Shown: positions 22,633 through 35,700 of the stretch, in pieces
How the letters are laid out: every line of letters starts with the position of its first letter
How positions within the stretch are numbered: the first letter of the stretch is position 1
Assembly (NCBI GenBank): GCA_002269645.1
Contig: NIVC01000173.1
Location: 186,001 to 250,000 of the forward strand
Direction of reading: 5' to 3'
Source of the DNA: Macrostomum lignano
Lineage: Eukaryota
DNA: 64,000 bases
Program-made: the position numbers and the translations under genes
Notes under the pieces: generated by a model
What the model saw: only the letters and a program-made list of their open reading frames with translations
Database searches by the model: none
Told to the model about the DNA's origin: nothing

Positions 22633-22898
22633 GAAGCTGGGGATGGATGGAGGTGGTGGCTCGCTAAAAATCTGCCTTAGTGTCGCCCCAGTACGAGCTA
22701 CTGCCTACTGAACAACAGGCAGAGTCAACACCTAAGAAGCTGAGCAGGGAGTCACAAATAAGCAACTTTGGCGTAAAAAAACTGTTTATCATCGCAATTG
22801 CTGAGGATGTCCAGGAGAACTATGCAAATGTGCGAGCACTTCTAGATGAGCTAGACTTGACATCGATTAAGTTCACAGTCGCTTGCAACACTGGCTGA
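22633..22898 (+). pseudogene. Decayed Chapaev/RAG1-N-like transposase, 3' part (catalytic-core start)
   Basis: Continues the left flank in frame as GMDGGGGSLKICLSV. After a frameshift it reads FGVKKLFIIAIAEDVQENYANVRALLDELDL...FTVAC and then breaks off. Confidence 0.7.
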
Positions 22899-22972
22899 TT
22901 ATGGTTAATGGCTAATTTGGCTACACTGGGCGTTGGCCAGAGTGCTGGAAGAGTACATGGTACCCTTTTAAA

Positions 22973-23450
22973 GTAGCTTTGGCGCCCCCTCTCAGGGTAG
23001 CTTTGGCGCCCCCTCTCACGGTAGCTTTGGCACCCCCTCTCACGGTAGCTTTGGCACCCCCTCTCACGGTAGCTTTGGCGCCCCCTCTCACGGTAGCTTT
23101 GGCACCCCCTCTCACGGTAGCTTTGGCGCCCCCTCTCACGGTAGCTTTGGCGCCCCTCTCTTACGGTAGCTTTGGCGCCCCTCTCAGGGTAGCTTTGGCG
23201 CCCCCTCTCAGGGTAGCTTTGGCGCCCACTCTCACGGTAGCTTTGGCACCCCCTCTCTTACGGTAGCTTTGGCGCCCCTCTCACGGTAGCTTTGGCACCC
23301 CTCTCACGGTAGCTTTGGCACCCCCTCTCACGGTAGCTTTTGCACCCCCTCTCACGGTAGCTTTGGCGCCCTCTTCACAGTAGCTTTGGCGCCCCCTCTC
23401 TTCCGTAGCTTTGCCACCCTCTCTTCCATGGCTAATTTGGCGCCCCTATT
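22973..23450. repeat. 24-bp minisatellite (GTAGCTTTGGCGCCCCCTCTCACG)
   Basis: About 19 visible units. Confidence 0.93.
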
Positions 23451-24439
23451 CTTTTGGCGCACATGCGTGCAACAAAAAGTATTTTATAGTTTCGCCCCTG
23501 GTTAGCAGCGTAAAAATAAAACAATGGCAAATCGAACACCAAGTTGAAAATTGCAACATCAATATACTGACAGCCATTAAAGAATGAACCGATTACCTGA
23601 AATTATATAATAGCATTTTGCACTCACATGTATAGTCAAAATCAGCAGCGTGTAGAGAGACTTAACAATTGAAAAAACAAATAGAAGTATTATAAAATTA
23701 CGTCACTACATTAAAATAGCGAAACTTGAACACTTTACCGATCTTGATTTTAACAACTTTTGAGACATTCAGATGCCACAAAAAGCTTCTATGTTTGCCT
23801 AATAAGTTTAAAAAGTTGACCAGATTAACAAATTAAAGCAAGGCAATAGTAATTAGTTAAAAACAAATTTTGCATGTAAAAACAATTCTAAAAAAATTGC
23901 TACTTGAAGTAGAACGATGAAAAAATCCGAATATTTTAATTGAAAGATTCTAAAATATTTTTCAAAGAACAGACGACCAGAAATAAGCAATTGAATTGAT
24001 CAGTTTCTCCCTTTGAAAAGCCTCTAGGAAGCGGCGGGCACGTGATCCGTATTCGAACCCGTCGACCGTTGATCAAACGGCAGCTCTTCTAAGAAATTCG
24101 ATGCGGATGCTGATTCGCTGTCGGCTACGCTGGCAACGACAACTAATGTGACAATGCCGGCAACCACTAGCATAACTAGTATCAGAACTTTTATCACACT
24201 CAAACTATCGAGTCGGCCTGATCGGCTTCTTGAACCCTGCTGCTCAGACTCGTGTTGATACAGCTGGTACCGGTGCATTGCTGCTGTTGCATGTAAATGC
24301 AATCTCTATTGTGGCAGCATGTGCTGCTGTTGTGCACCCGGAAGTTTCTCACGGATCTTTTAAAACTAAATCAGTCTGCAATAAATGAGAACGAAGCTTT
24401 GTGGAGTGAGTTGATTCTGAACATTTTCCACTCCGCTTC

Positions 24440-25860
24440 CTTTCCACCCCTGTTCCTCTCCTCTACCCCTCTTCCTTTTCTCTACCCCTGTTCCTCTGCT
24501 CTACCCCTCTTCCTTTTCTCTACCCCTGTTTCTCTCCTCTACACCTGTTTCTTTTCTCTACCCCTGTTCCTCTGCTCTACCCCTGTTCCTTTTCTCTACC
24601 CCTGTTCCTCTCCTCTACACCTGTTCCTCTCCTCTCCTCTACACCTGTTCCTTTTCTCTACCCCTGTTCCTCTCCTCTACATCTGTTCCTTTCCTCTACA
24701 CCTGTTCCTCTCCTCTACACCTGTTCCTCTCCTCTACACCTGTTCCTCTTCTCTACACCTGTTTCTCTCCTCTACACCTGTTTCTCTCTTCTACCTCTTT
24801 TTTTTCTATCCCTTTACCTCTCCTCTACGCCTCTTTCCTATACTCCTGTTCCTTTTTCTCTACCCCTGTTCCTCACTTCTACACCTGTTCCTTTTCTCTA
24901 CCCCTGTTCCTTTTCTCTACCCCTGTTCCTTTTCTTTACCCCTGTTCCTCTCCTCTACACCTGTTCCTCTCCTCTACACCTGTTTCTCTCCTCTACACCT
25001 GTTTCTCTCCTCTACACCTGTTCCTTTTCTCTACCCCTGTTCCTCTGCTCTACCCCTGTTCCTCTCCTCTACACCTGTTTCTCTCCTCTACACCTGTTTC
25101 TCTCCTCTACACCTGTTTCTCTCCTCTACACCTGTTCCTTTTCTCTACCCCTGTTCCTCTGCTCTACCCCTGTTCCTCTCCTCTACACCTGTTTCTCTCC
25201 TCTACACCTGTTCCTTTTCTCTACCCCTGTTTCTCTGCTCTACCCCTGTTCCTCTCCTCTACACCTGTTCCTCTTCTCTACACCTGTTTCTCTCCTCTAC
25301 ACCTGTTTCTCTCTTCTACCTCTTTTTTTTCTATCCCTTTACCTCTCCTCTACGCCTCTTTCCTATACTCCTGTTCCTTTTTCTCTACCCCTGTTCCTCA
25401 CTTCTACACCTGTTCCTTTTCTCTACCCCTGTTCCTTTTCTTTACCCCTGTTTCTCTCCTCTACACCTGTTCCTCTCCTCTACACCTGTTCCTTTTCTCT
25501 ACCCCTGTTCCTTTTCTCTACCCTTGTTCTTTTTCTCTACTCCTGTTTCTCTCCTCTACACCTGTTCCTCTCCTCTACACCTGTTCCTTTTCTCTACCCC
25601 TGTTCCTTTTCTCTACCCTTGTTCTTTTTCTCTACTCCTGTTTCTCTCCTCTACACCTGTTCCTCTCCTCTACACCTGTTCCTTTTCTCTACCCCTGTTC
25701 CTTTTCTCTATCCTTGTTCTTTTTCTCTACCCCTGTTCTTCTCCTCTACACCTGTTCCTTTTCTCTACCCCTGTTCCTCTGCTCTACCCCTGTTTCTCTT
25801 CTCTACCCCTGTTCCTCTATCTTCTCCCCTCCACACCCGTTCCTCTCCTTTACCGCTCTT
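24440..25860. repeat. CT-rich composite minisatellite (CTACCCCTGTTCCT / CTACACCTGTT units)
   Basis: Visible tandem units. They explain the 549-aa ORF at 24297-25946. Confidence 0.93.
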
Positions 25861-26936
25861 TTTTCTTTCTTTCCTCTACCGCTAGCTACTATTCTCCTCA
25901 TTTCTTTCTCCCCAGTAAACTATTACCTTTTGGTAGGAAAACTTAAACAATCATTTGCATTTTTAAGCAACATCAAATAAAACGCAGAAAAAATCTAATT
26001 AGATTTTATAACGAAATGTAATCTCTCTAGTGCTTTTTTATATTCGGAACCTTTAGCACACAGCTGAATTGTGTTCTGATGCTTTAAAATCAAAACGAAT
26101 AGCGGAACCTGAGGATATTAAACTGCAGGCAACAAAAATACATATTAAGATGGGTTAGAAAAGGTTGAATAGTGCTGTTTTCCTCGTTAATAATAATCTA
26201 TTATATGTATTGCAATGACAAGTAGTTAATGACTTAAAGCAAGGTAAATGGTACTTCCAAAAGTTACGAGTATTTTCTGTAAGATAGACTATAAAACGCA
26301 ATCAAGCTGTCTATTGTGATAAGGTTAGAATTGAGATTCTAAAAATCAGGAAACTAATAGTTGTTCAACAGCAATTTTTTTTCCAAAATTTAACTGAAAT
26401 CAGTGTTCTATCTCACAGATGTGTCCCAACAACTCATAAACTAAACATTCCGAAGTTAGCAGAATGCTAGCAAAACAACTTCGTCTTTATTTTTCTTTCA
26501 AAATTTTTCTGGCTTTTGAGCGCACACATAAGGTACAAAACGCTGAAAAGCGAAAACAGAGATCAAAACATACAAATTATTTAAAGAGCTGTTTTAAGAT
26601 AAAAGTACAATTGCCAGTCTAGTCAAAGACACCATAAACTTGGCGGCCACATGCAATTTTTTTAAATATAGAAATTGACTAAACACTTGTCGAATAAAAG
26701 CTCTGGCGTTAGATTTGAAATTATTGGATACCTTTGGTACGCCGAAACATCCAAAAATTAGAGAGCACAGCCGCTGTCAGGTGTTGCCGCAGCGCACAAT
26801 AAAGAATTTATAAAAGATGAAGCACTACTAACTAGAGGGAGGCCGATGTCAAGCCAATAATAATTAAGAGGGCCATGGGAGGGAAGTACATGAAGGGATT
26901 GTTGTCGTTTTTTTTTAAATTAAAATTTAATTTAAA

Positions 26937-27360
26937 AATCGATATTTTCGTCGACCCCACTCACTACACGCTCGGACACCAATAAAGCGTGGCAAGCCTA
27001 CACCGTTAATTTAAAGGGGCTATGGCAATGGGGTGGTGGTTTTTGGGCCGACAGGAAAATCGATATTTTCGACCCCACTTACTCTACACACTCGGACACC
27101 AAAAAAGCGTGGCAAGCCTACACCGTTAATTTAAAGTCAGTCGGGCTATGGCAATGGGGTGGTGGTTTTTGGGCCGACAGGAAAATCGATATTTTCGACC
27201 CCACTCACTCCACACGCTCGGACACCAATAAAGCGTGGCAAGCCTACACGTTAATTTAAAGTCAGTCGGGCTATGGCAATGGGGTGGTGGTTTTTGGGCC
27301 GACAGGAAAATCGATATTTTCGACCCCACTCACTCCACACGCTCGGACGCTAATAAAGCG
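26937..27360. repeat. ~125-bp tandem repeat, about 3.5 copies
   Basis: AATCGATATTTTC recurs at 26937, 27058, 27184 and 27309, with conserved intervening sequence. Confidence 0.9.
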
Positions 27361-27882
27361 TGGCTTTTGTGGTTTTTGTGCCCCGCCGTCCAAGAACACT
27401 TAAGTTTATCAACGAAGCCGTAAATCAACGAAAGAAACGAAGTTCCCAATTGGCGCAATATTGCCGCACTATAATATACTATCTATGTACTATTTGATAC
27501 GCAAACGGACGAATGCTAAATTGAGCACAATTGAGAACAAGTTTAAATTTCTGTTTTAAGAGATTAAGAATATAAACGATATTAAGCAAAAACAGATGAA
27601 TACTATAGACAATACGACAGGAAAAATAAACATTTGCGAGATTTTACGAGTGTAGTTAACTGACTATAACTACCAGCTGTCTCGTCTTATATATTATTAC
27701 TGTATTAAAGCCAATTAATCTGACTTATCCGATTTGTTTATATATATACTGACAGGTTACGCAGAGATTCTGTTAAGAAAATTTAATCAAAAACTAGACA
27801 AAGAAAAAATCCAGAAAAAAGCACGCAAAAATATTAACGACCGCGCCCTCCATTGGCATAAAAATGTTGCTTCAAAAGCAAA

Positions 27883-28235
27883 TTATTTGTGAATTTGATC
27901 TTCGATGTGCAGAGGCAGGGTCGACTGGATACCGGCGCACACGCATAGCAGGCCGCCAACCAGAATGAAAACCAGATTGTAATCCAAAGGGTAGGGAAGG
28001 CCCTGGTTGAAGGTGAACTGCAGCAGGCTGGTGCCGACACTGATGCCGATTATGCTGTTGGTTTTATTGGGGGGACGAGGGCCGGTTTACAAAACATTGG
28101 CCGTAGTTAACACAGAAGTAGGACTGATAGGTCGATCCTAAACAGACAGACAGACAGCCAGACACACACAAAGACAGACAGACAGACAGACAGACAGGCA
28201 GGCAGGCAGGCAGACAGACGGACACACAGACAGAC

Positions 28236-28282
<47 letters not shown>

Positions 28283-28325
28283 GCCAGACACACACAAAGA
28301 CAGACAGGCAGGCAGGCAGGCAGGC

Positions 28326-28372
<47 letters not shown>

Positions 28373-28385
28373 GAGACAGACGGAC

Positions 28386-28422
<37 letters not shown>

Positions 28423-28429
28423 GGCAGGC

Positions 28430-28486
<57 letters not shown>

Positions 28487-29724
28487 GAGACAGACAGACA
28501 GACGGACAGATAGACAGACAGACAGACAGACACACAGACAGACAGACAGACAGACAGACAGACGGACAGATAGACAGACAGACAGACAGACAAACAGACA
28601 CACAGACAGACAGGCAGGCACACAGACACACAGACAGACAGACACACAGACAGACGCAGACACACAGACAGACAGACACACAGACAGACGCAGACACACA
28701 GTCAGACAGATAGACAAACAGACAGAAACTAGGTAAGTAGCGCACACACCGCACACAACTATCACTGGAACACCCGGCAGGCCAGACACACAGCATGCTC
28801 ACCGAGACACATTAGAGAAGACAATTCCAACTCCGTTGGCGGTTCCGGCAGTGCTGGCAGACACGGAATTATTCAGCAGAACGCTGACGGTAGTGAAGCA
28901 CCAGAATAGACAGATATTCTTCACGGTGAGCAAAGTGCCGATGCCAAAGATACACGGCGTGATGTTGCTGGAGCGGCAGCCGAACAGCACGGACAGGGGG
29001 AAGCAGGTGACCGCCACTACGCCAATTAGCAGGCCGATCATGTGCATCTGGGAGAGAACGATTGGTCAGTTATGTTGCTCAAAGTTTAGCAATGATAACA
29101 AAAGAATAAAGCGTTTTTAATACGAATCCAACATTACTAAGTCCACCTAAACTATATTCAGTAGTAGCATAGGAATATAAATTTTCTATAAGCAATCAAG
29201 GCAAAATTCTTTTACAATTTAAAACTTTTACCACATGAAACGTGGCCGTTAGGTGTTAGTAATTTGTCTGTGCTTGCCTGTCCGCCTGTCTGACTTACAG
29301 ACTAAGTAGCATCTGTCTGTCTTCCTGTCTCTGTCTGTCTGTCTTCTGTCAGTCTGCCTTGGTGTCTGTCTGTTTGTCTGCCTTCGTTTGTCTTTCTGTT
29401 TGTCTGCCTTAATGTCTGTCTGTCTGTTTGTCTGCTTTAATGTCTGTCTGTCTGTTTGTCTGCCTTCGTTTGTCTTTCTGTTTGTCTGCCTTAATGTCTG
29501 TCTGTCTGTTTGTCTGCCTTCGTTTGTCTTTCTGTTTGTCTGCCTTAATGTCTGTCTGTCTGTTTGTCTGCCTTAATGTCTGTCTGTCTGTTTGTCTGCC
29601 TTCGTTTGTCTTTCTGTTTGTCTGCCTTAATGTCTGTCTGTCTGTTTGTCTGCCTTAATGTCTGTCTATCTGTTTGTTTGTCTACCGGTCTGTCTGTCTG
29701 TCTGTTTCTTTGTCTGCCTTAGTG

Positions 29725-29775
<51 letters not shown>

Positions 29776-32700
29776 ATGTATGTCTGTATGTCTGTCTGTC
29801 TGTATGTTCGTCTGTCTGTTTGTCTGTCTTAGTGTCTGCCTTAATATTTGTCTGTCTGTCTGCTGCAGTATTCCACCAGCATTCTAGGACGCAAGGGTGT
29901 TAAGAAAACGTAACTATATAATTAAGAGACGCCCACCAAAACAGGCAATGCAATCAGTCTGGCTACATCTGAAAACTGCAACTTACTGCAAAGCTGCAGT
30001 AAAAAATAACGTAGATGCGTACAGGTGAGAGTTTATTATCTCATTATTTTGAGGAAAAAAAAGATCAGCGGACTGATAAGATCAGCGGATTGTAAAAAAA
30101 TGTACAAGGGTAATCGGCTTTTTTCTGGAGCGATTAAATTGAACGAAATAAATGAATTCTTACTCGGAAATTGAAACACAAACGATCATCGCGATCAAAG
30201 CCTGCGCATCAAGATTGAAATGAATTCTTTGAAAAATATTTTTTTTAAACTAAAATTTAAATTAAATTAATTAAATTAATATCTTAATATCTTAATAAAT
30301 AAATATGATAGCGGCGATTTTCTAAGGAAGAGGCGAGTTTCTAGGAAACTAATGAGAGATTTTTAATTTTAAATGGCGGTTTTCTATAAGACTGAAACCG
30401 ATTTTCTGAGAGCCTGGGGGGGCTTTTCTAAGAAATCGAGAGAAGATTTTAAAAGAAATCAAGGGGCGACTCTATAAAAAGCCAAGGGGCGATTTAACAA
30501 AAAAGTTGAGGGTCGATTTTCTAAGAAATCAAAAGGCATTTGTAAGAATTTTTATGGCAAAGTTAAAGTTACAAGTATACCGGTATGCGTTTTATTAAAA
30601 AACTATTTTTAAAAAAGCATGGCTCTCCAAACAAAAACAGAACTCACCCTCATCGGGCCCAGTATCTTGCTCAGAGGCGGCAGCAAGGCGATAAATGGCA
30701 TCAAAGCCACCAGCGCCATAATGTTAATAAGGCCGAGGTGTTTAGACTGCAGCGCCAACCCGGCAGCCCTGTCCAATGCAAACACGCTCACGCATTCGTC
30801 AAACATAACCGTGCCCGAGCACGTCACGGTGTACACGAATAGTACAACTTTAAATAGAGGGTAGTCTGAGAATAGCCTTCGTCCAACGGTTGCTAGGCGA
30901 CGCACCAACGATAGAAAAGCTGTACAAGCGCCCAAATTAGATTTACTCGAAGTTTTGAGGCGTTTATTGCTACTAAAAGTAGTTTTAGCGACTACAATAG
31001 CATCTGAATCGTTATTATCTCCATCCAGATTGGCGCAGAATTCGACAATTGGTTGTTCAGCCAATGCGGCAACACTGTGACTCAGGGCTGCAATAGCGCT
31101 AAAAGCTCCCAGTGCAGAATTATTTTCCACTGTTAATTTTCCGTTACTATCGACGCCATCGGTTGCTAGGTGATGCTGCGATCTGGATAGCCGGTTGCCA
31201 AGGACGCTATCGTCGTTGTTGCTATGGCGACAATGATGCCGACAGTGACGACTATTGATACGATCGGCCGAACGAAACAGCAGCATACTGGCTCGCTCTT
31301 CTCCTGTTGGTTGCCATGACAACCGACAGGATGATTTGGAAGATTGGTCCGCGCAACGTTCTTCGTTGGCGTTGTTGGTCCCGCGACAGCAGTCTTTGTC
31401 GTGGTTAGCGTCCTTGGCTGCTAATTCCAGCTGTTGGAGTGTTTGAAATCTAATTGCATTTACAGTTGTTTTTAGGTAGAAGTAATTGGGACGATTCCTT
31501 AAGGTAATTAGGAGTGATTTCTTAAGGAAATCAGGGGCGATTTCTTAAAGTAATTAGGGCGATTTCTCAAGGTTATGAGGGGCGATTTCTCAAGGTAATT
31601 AAGGGCGATTTCTTAAAAAAATTAAGAGCGATTTTTCAAGGAATTTAAGGGTGATTTCTCAAAGTAATTAAGAGCAATTTTTTCTCAAGGTAATCAGGAG
31701 TGACTTCTTAAGGTAATAAGGGGTGATTTCTCAAGGAAATCGGGGGCGATTTCTCAAGGTAATTTGGGGAGATTTTTCAAAGAAATTAGGGGCGATTTCT
31801 CAAGGTAATTTGGGGAGATTTTTCAAGGAAATTAGGGGCGATTTCTCAAGGAAATTAGGAACGATTTCTCAAAGTAATTAGGGATGATTTTTCAAGGAGA
31901 TTAGGGGCGATTTTTCAAGGAGATTAGGGGCGATTTTTCAAGGAGATTAGGGGCGATTTCTAAAGGTAATTAGGGGCGTTTTCTCAAGGTAATTAGGGGC
32001 GATTTCTCAAAGTAATTAGGGGCGATTTCTCAAGGAAATTAGGAACGATTTCTCAAAGTAATTAGGGGCGATTTCTCAAAGTAATTAGGGGCGATTTCTC
32101 AAGGAAATTAGGAACGATTTCTCAAAGTAATTAGGGATGATTTTTCAAGGAGATTAGGGGCGATTTTTCAAGGAGATTAGGGGCGATTTTTCAAGGAGAT
32201 TAGGGGCGATTTCTAAAGGTAATTAGGGGCGTTTTCTCAAGGTAATTAGGGGCGATTTCTCAAAGTAATTAGGGGCGATTTTTCAAGGTAATTAAGGGCG
32301 ATTTGGCAAGGAAATTAGGGGCGATTTCTCAAGACAATTCCTAGATAACTTCACCAACAAAAGAATGCTATTAAAAGCAGTAAATAGCAGTAATGAGCTC
32401 ACAGTGACAGCTGTGGCAGAGTCGGGTTGCTTGGTCTCTTGCAGGAAAGCATAGCACAGCAGCAGAACAATCAGACAATAAGTGCAATAAACTAACGAAG
32501 GCAGGGCAAACGGGAATTTCTTAACTAACGCCATCTCCGGAAAAGTGTCGCCAAACTGATTGTAGGGATCGGACAAGAAGGCGCCCATATTGGCGGCCAG
32601 AATAACGCCGAAAACGAAGCCAAAGTTGACAACAGACATGGCCATGACCTGCGGTATTATTGAATGGAAGACAAGTCAATTGTAAAATCCCATTAATATC

Positions 32701-35700
32701 GATAGGGGCCATAAGCAAGGCAAGATCTATCAAAAGATGAGCATTGTGTCTGCCTGATATCAAAAGAAATTACGAGTTTCGTGCCGAAAAAATAGAAACC
32801 TCCTATCCCCGCAGTATATTGTTCGGTAAAACCTGCCTCCTAAAACTTTCCAAGAAGTTCTGTTCTTCTACTTGAGTAGTCCTTCTAATAAAATTATTAT
32901 TTATATTATATTATTATTATTATTATATAAATACTATATATAAGTACTTATACATATAAGTATAATTTTAATTATAGTACATATAGTACATACTTACATA
33001 TTACATAAGCTTGTCCACAAAGTACATATATATACATATACATATACACTTATATCAAAGTATTATTATTATTATTATTAATTATTTTCAACAGTAGTTA
33101 ACATACATTCCTAAACCCCGGGCTGGCCAAGATAAGTCGCAAAAACGCCGACACGACAAAATACAGACGTAGTACTAATTAGACGACGAGGCATTTCGCC
33201 TTAATAATACAGTTATAGTTACTCCTACCGTTTACTTAAAATTGCGTTAATTTTTGCTTTAGGGTTTCTTTTGAATAGGTAAGTCGCATTTTTGGTCAAA
33301 AAGTAAATTTCTAAGTTGAGCATGTATGGTTGGGAAGATTTAACACCCACAGGAAGTTTACATGCCTGACGATTAAAAAGGGACGCTGTAAACTGTTATT
33401 TTCATCTTGAAAAATCCCAACACAAAGAAATGAGTCACCTGATTATCCTTGTTAGAAATCTCGTACACAACAGTCTTGCTTAGCGGGATAACAGCAGAAG
33501 TGGCGCCAATTAGTAGGCGCGCTGCCAATGCGGAGCCAAAATTAGGCGCCAGACCGAACAACAAATTGCACGGAATTGAACAGGCCAAATTGATCAATAT
33601 GACAGCTCGTCGACCTTTTGTGTCGGACAGAGAGCTCCAGAAGATGGCGCCAAAAATGTTGCCAGCATAGCGACCAGAATTCAGTATGCCAACGTAATAC
33701 CCGATCTCCTGGTCGCTGTAGCCAAAATGCTGCGGTGGCGGATGTGAGTGCGTGTGAATTGAGTGATAATAGGAATTTAAAGTTGAGTATTAATTATGAA
33801 AAATAACTACTCACTTTTCATAGGGAGTGAGCACACACTAATCATGGGAAGTGAGCACACTAATCATGGGAAGTGAGCACACTAATCATGGGAAGTGAGC
33901 ACACTAATCATGGGAAGTGAGCACACACTAATCATGGGAAGTGAGCACACACTAATCATGGGAAGTGAGCACACTAATCATGGGAAGTGAGCACACTAAT
34001 CATGGGAAGTGAGCACACTAATCATGGGAAGTGAGCACACACTAATCATGGGAAGTGAGCACACACTAATCATGGGAAGTGAGCACACAATCATGGGAAG
34101 TGAGCACACTAATCATGGGAAGTGATCACACTAATCATGGGAAGTGAGCACACTAATCATGGGAAGTGAGCACACTAATCATGGGAAGTGAGCACACACT
34201 AATCATGGGAAGTGAGCACACTAATCATGGGAAGTGAGCACACACTAATCATGGGAAGTGAGCACACACTAATCATGGGAAGTGAGCACACTAATCATGG
34301 GAAGTGAGCACACTAATCATGGGAAGTGAGCACACTAATCATGGGAAGTGAGCACACACTAATCATGGGAAGTGAGCACACTAATCATGGGAAGTGAGCA
34401 CACTAATCATGGGAAGTGAGCACACAATAATCATGGGAAGTGAGCACACTAATCATGGGAAGTGAGCACACTAATCATGGGAAGTGAGCACACACTAATC
34501 ATGGGAAGTGAGCACACTAATCATGGGAAGTGAGCACACACTAATCATGGGAAGTGAGCACACTAATCATGGGAAGTGAGCACACTAATCATGGGAAGTG
34601 AGCACACTAATCATGGGAAGTGAGCAGTGAGCACACTAATCATGGGAAGTGAGCACACACTAATCATGGGAAGTGAGCACACACTAATCATGGGAAGTGA
34701 GCACACTAATCATGGGAAGTGAGCACACACTAATCATGGGAAGTGAGCACACACTAATCATGGGAAGTGAGCACACACTAATCATGGGAAGTGAGCACAC
34801 TAATCATGGGAAGTGAGCACACTAATCATGGGAAGTGAGCACACACTAATCATGGGAAGTGAGCACACACTAATCATGGGAAGTGAGCACACTAATCATG
34901 GGAAGTGAGCACACTAATCATGGGAAGTGAGCACACACTAATCATGGGAAGTGAGCACACTAATCATGGGAAGTGAGCACACACTAATCATGGGAAGTGA
35001 GCACACACTAATCATGGGAAGTGAGCACACTAATCATGGGAAGTGAGCACACTAATCATGGGAAGTGAGCACACTAATCATGGGAAGTGAGCAGTGAGCA
35101 CACTAATCATGGGAAGTGAGCACACACTAATCATGGGAAGTGAGCACACTAATCATGGGAAGTGAGCACACACTAATCATGGGAAGTGAGCACACACTAA
35201 TCATGGGAAGTGAGCACACTAATCATGGGAAGTGAGCACACTAATCATGGGAAGTGAGCACACTAATCATGGGAAGTGAGCACACTAATCATGGGAAGTG
35301 AGCACACTAATCATGGGAAGTGAGCACACACTAATCATGGGAAGTGAGCACACTAATCATGGGAAGTGAGCACACACTAATCATGGGAAGTGAGCACACT
35401 AATCATGGGAAGTGAGCACACTAATCATGGGAAGTGAGCACACTAATCATGGGAAGTGATCACACACTAATCATGGGAAGTGAGCACACTAATCATGGGA
35501 AGTGAGCACACACTAATCATGGGAATTCAGTACACTAATCATGGGAAGTGAGCACACACTAATCATGGGAAGTGAGCACACTAATCATGGGAAGTGATCA
35601 CACACTAATCATGGGAAGTGAGCACACTAATCATGGGAAGTGACCACACTAATCATGGGAAGTGAGTACACTAATCATGGGAAGTGAGTACACACTTACA

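Noticed and set aside
24297-25946. 549-aa hydrophobic ORF
   Set aside because: Low-complexity translation of a CT-rich minisatellite.
29975-29995. Possible 7-nt microexon (CAG|CTTTGCA|GTAAGT on the minus strand) in MFS intron 5
   Set aside because: It would shift the frame, and exons 5 and 6 already join in phase 0 to give GPMR-MHMIG.
33830-35700. CRISPR-like regular array (also 60380-60775 and 26937-27360)
   Set aside because: The units are head-to-tail with no unique spacers, there are no cas genes, and they lie in a eukaryotic gene region (two of them intronic).
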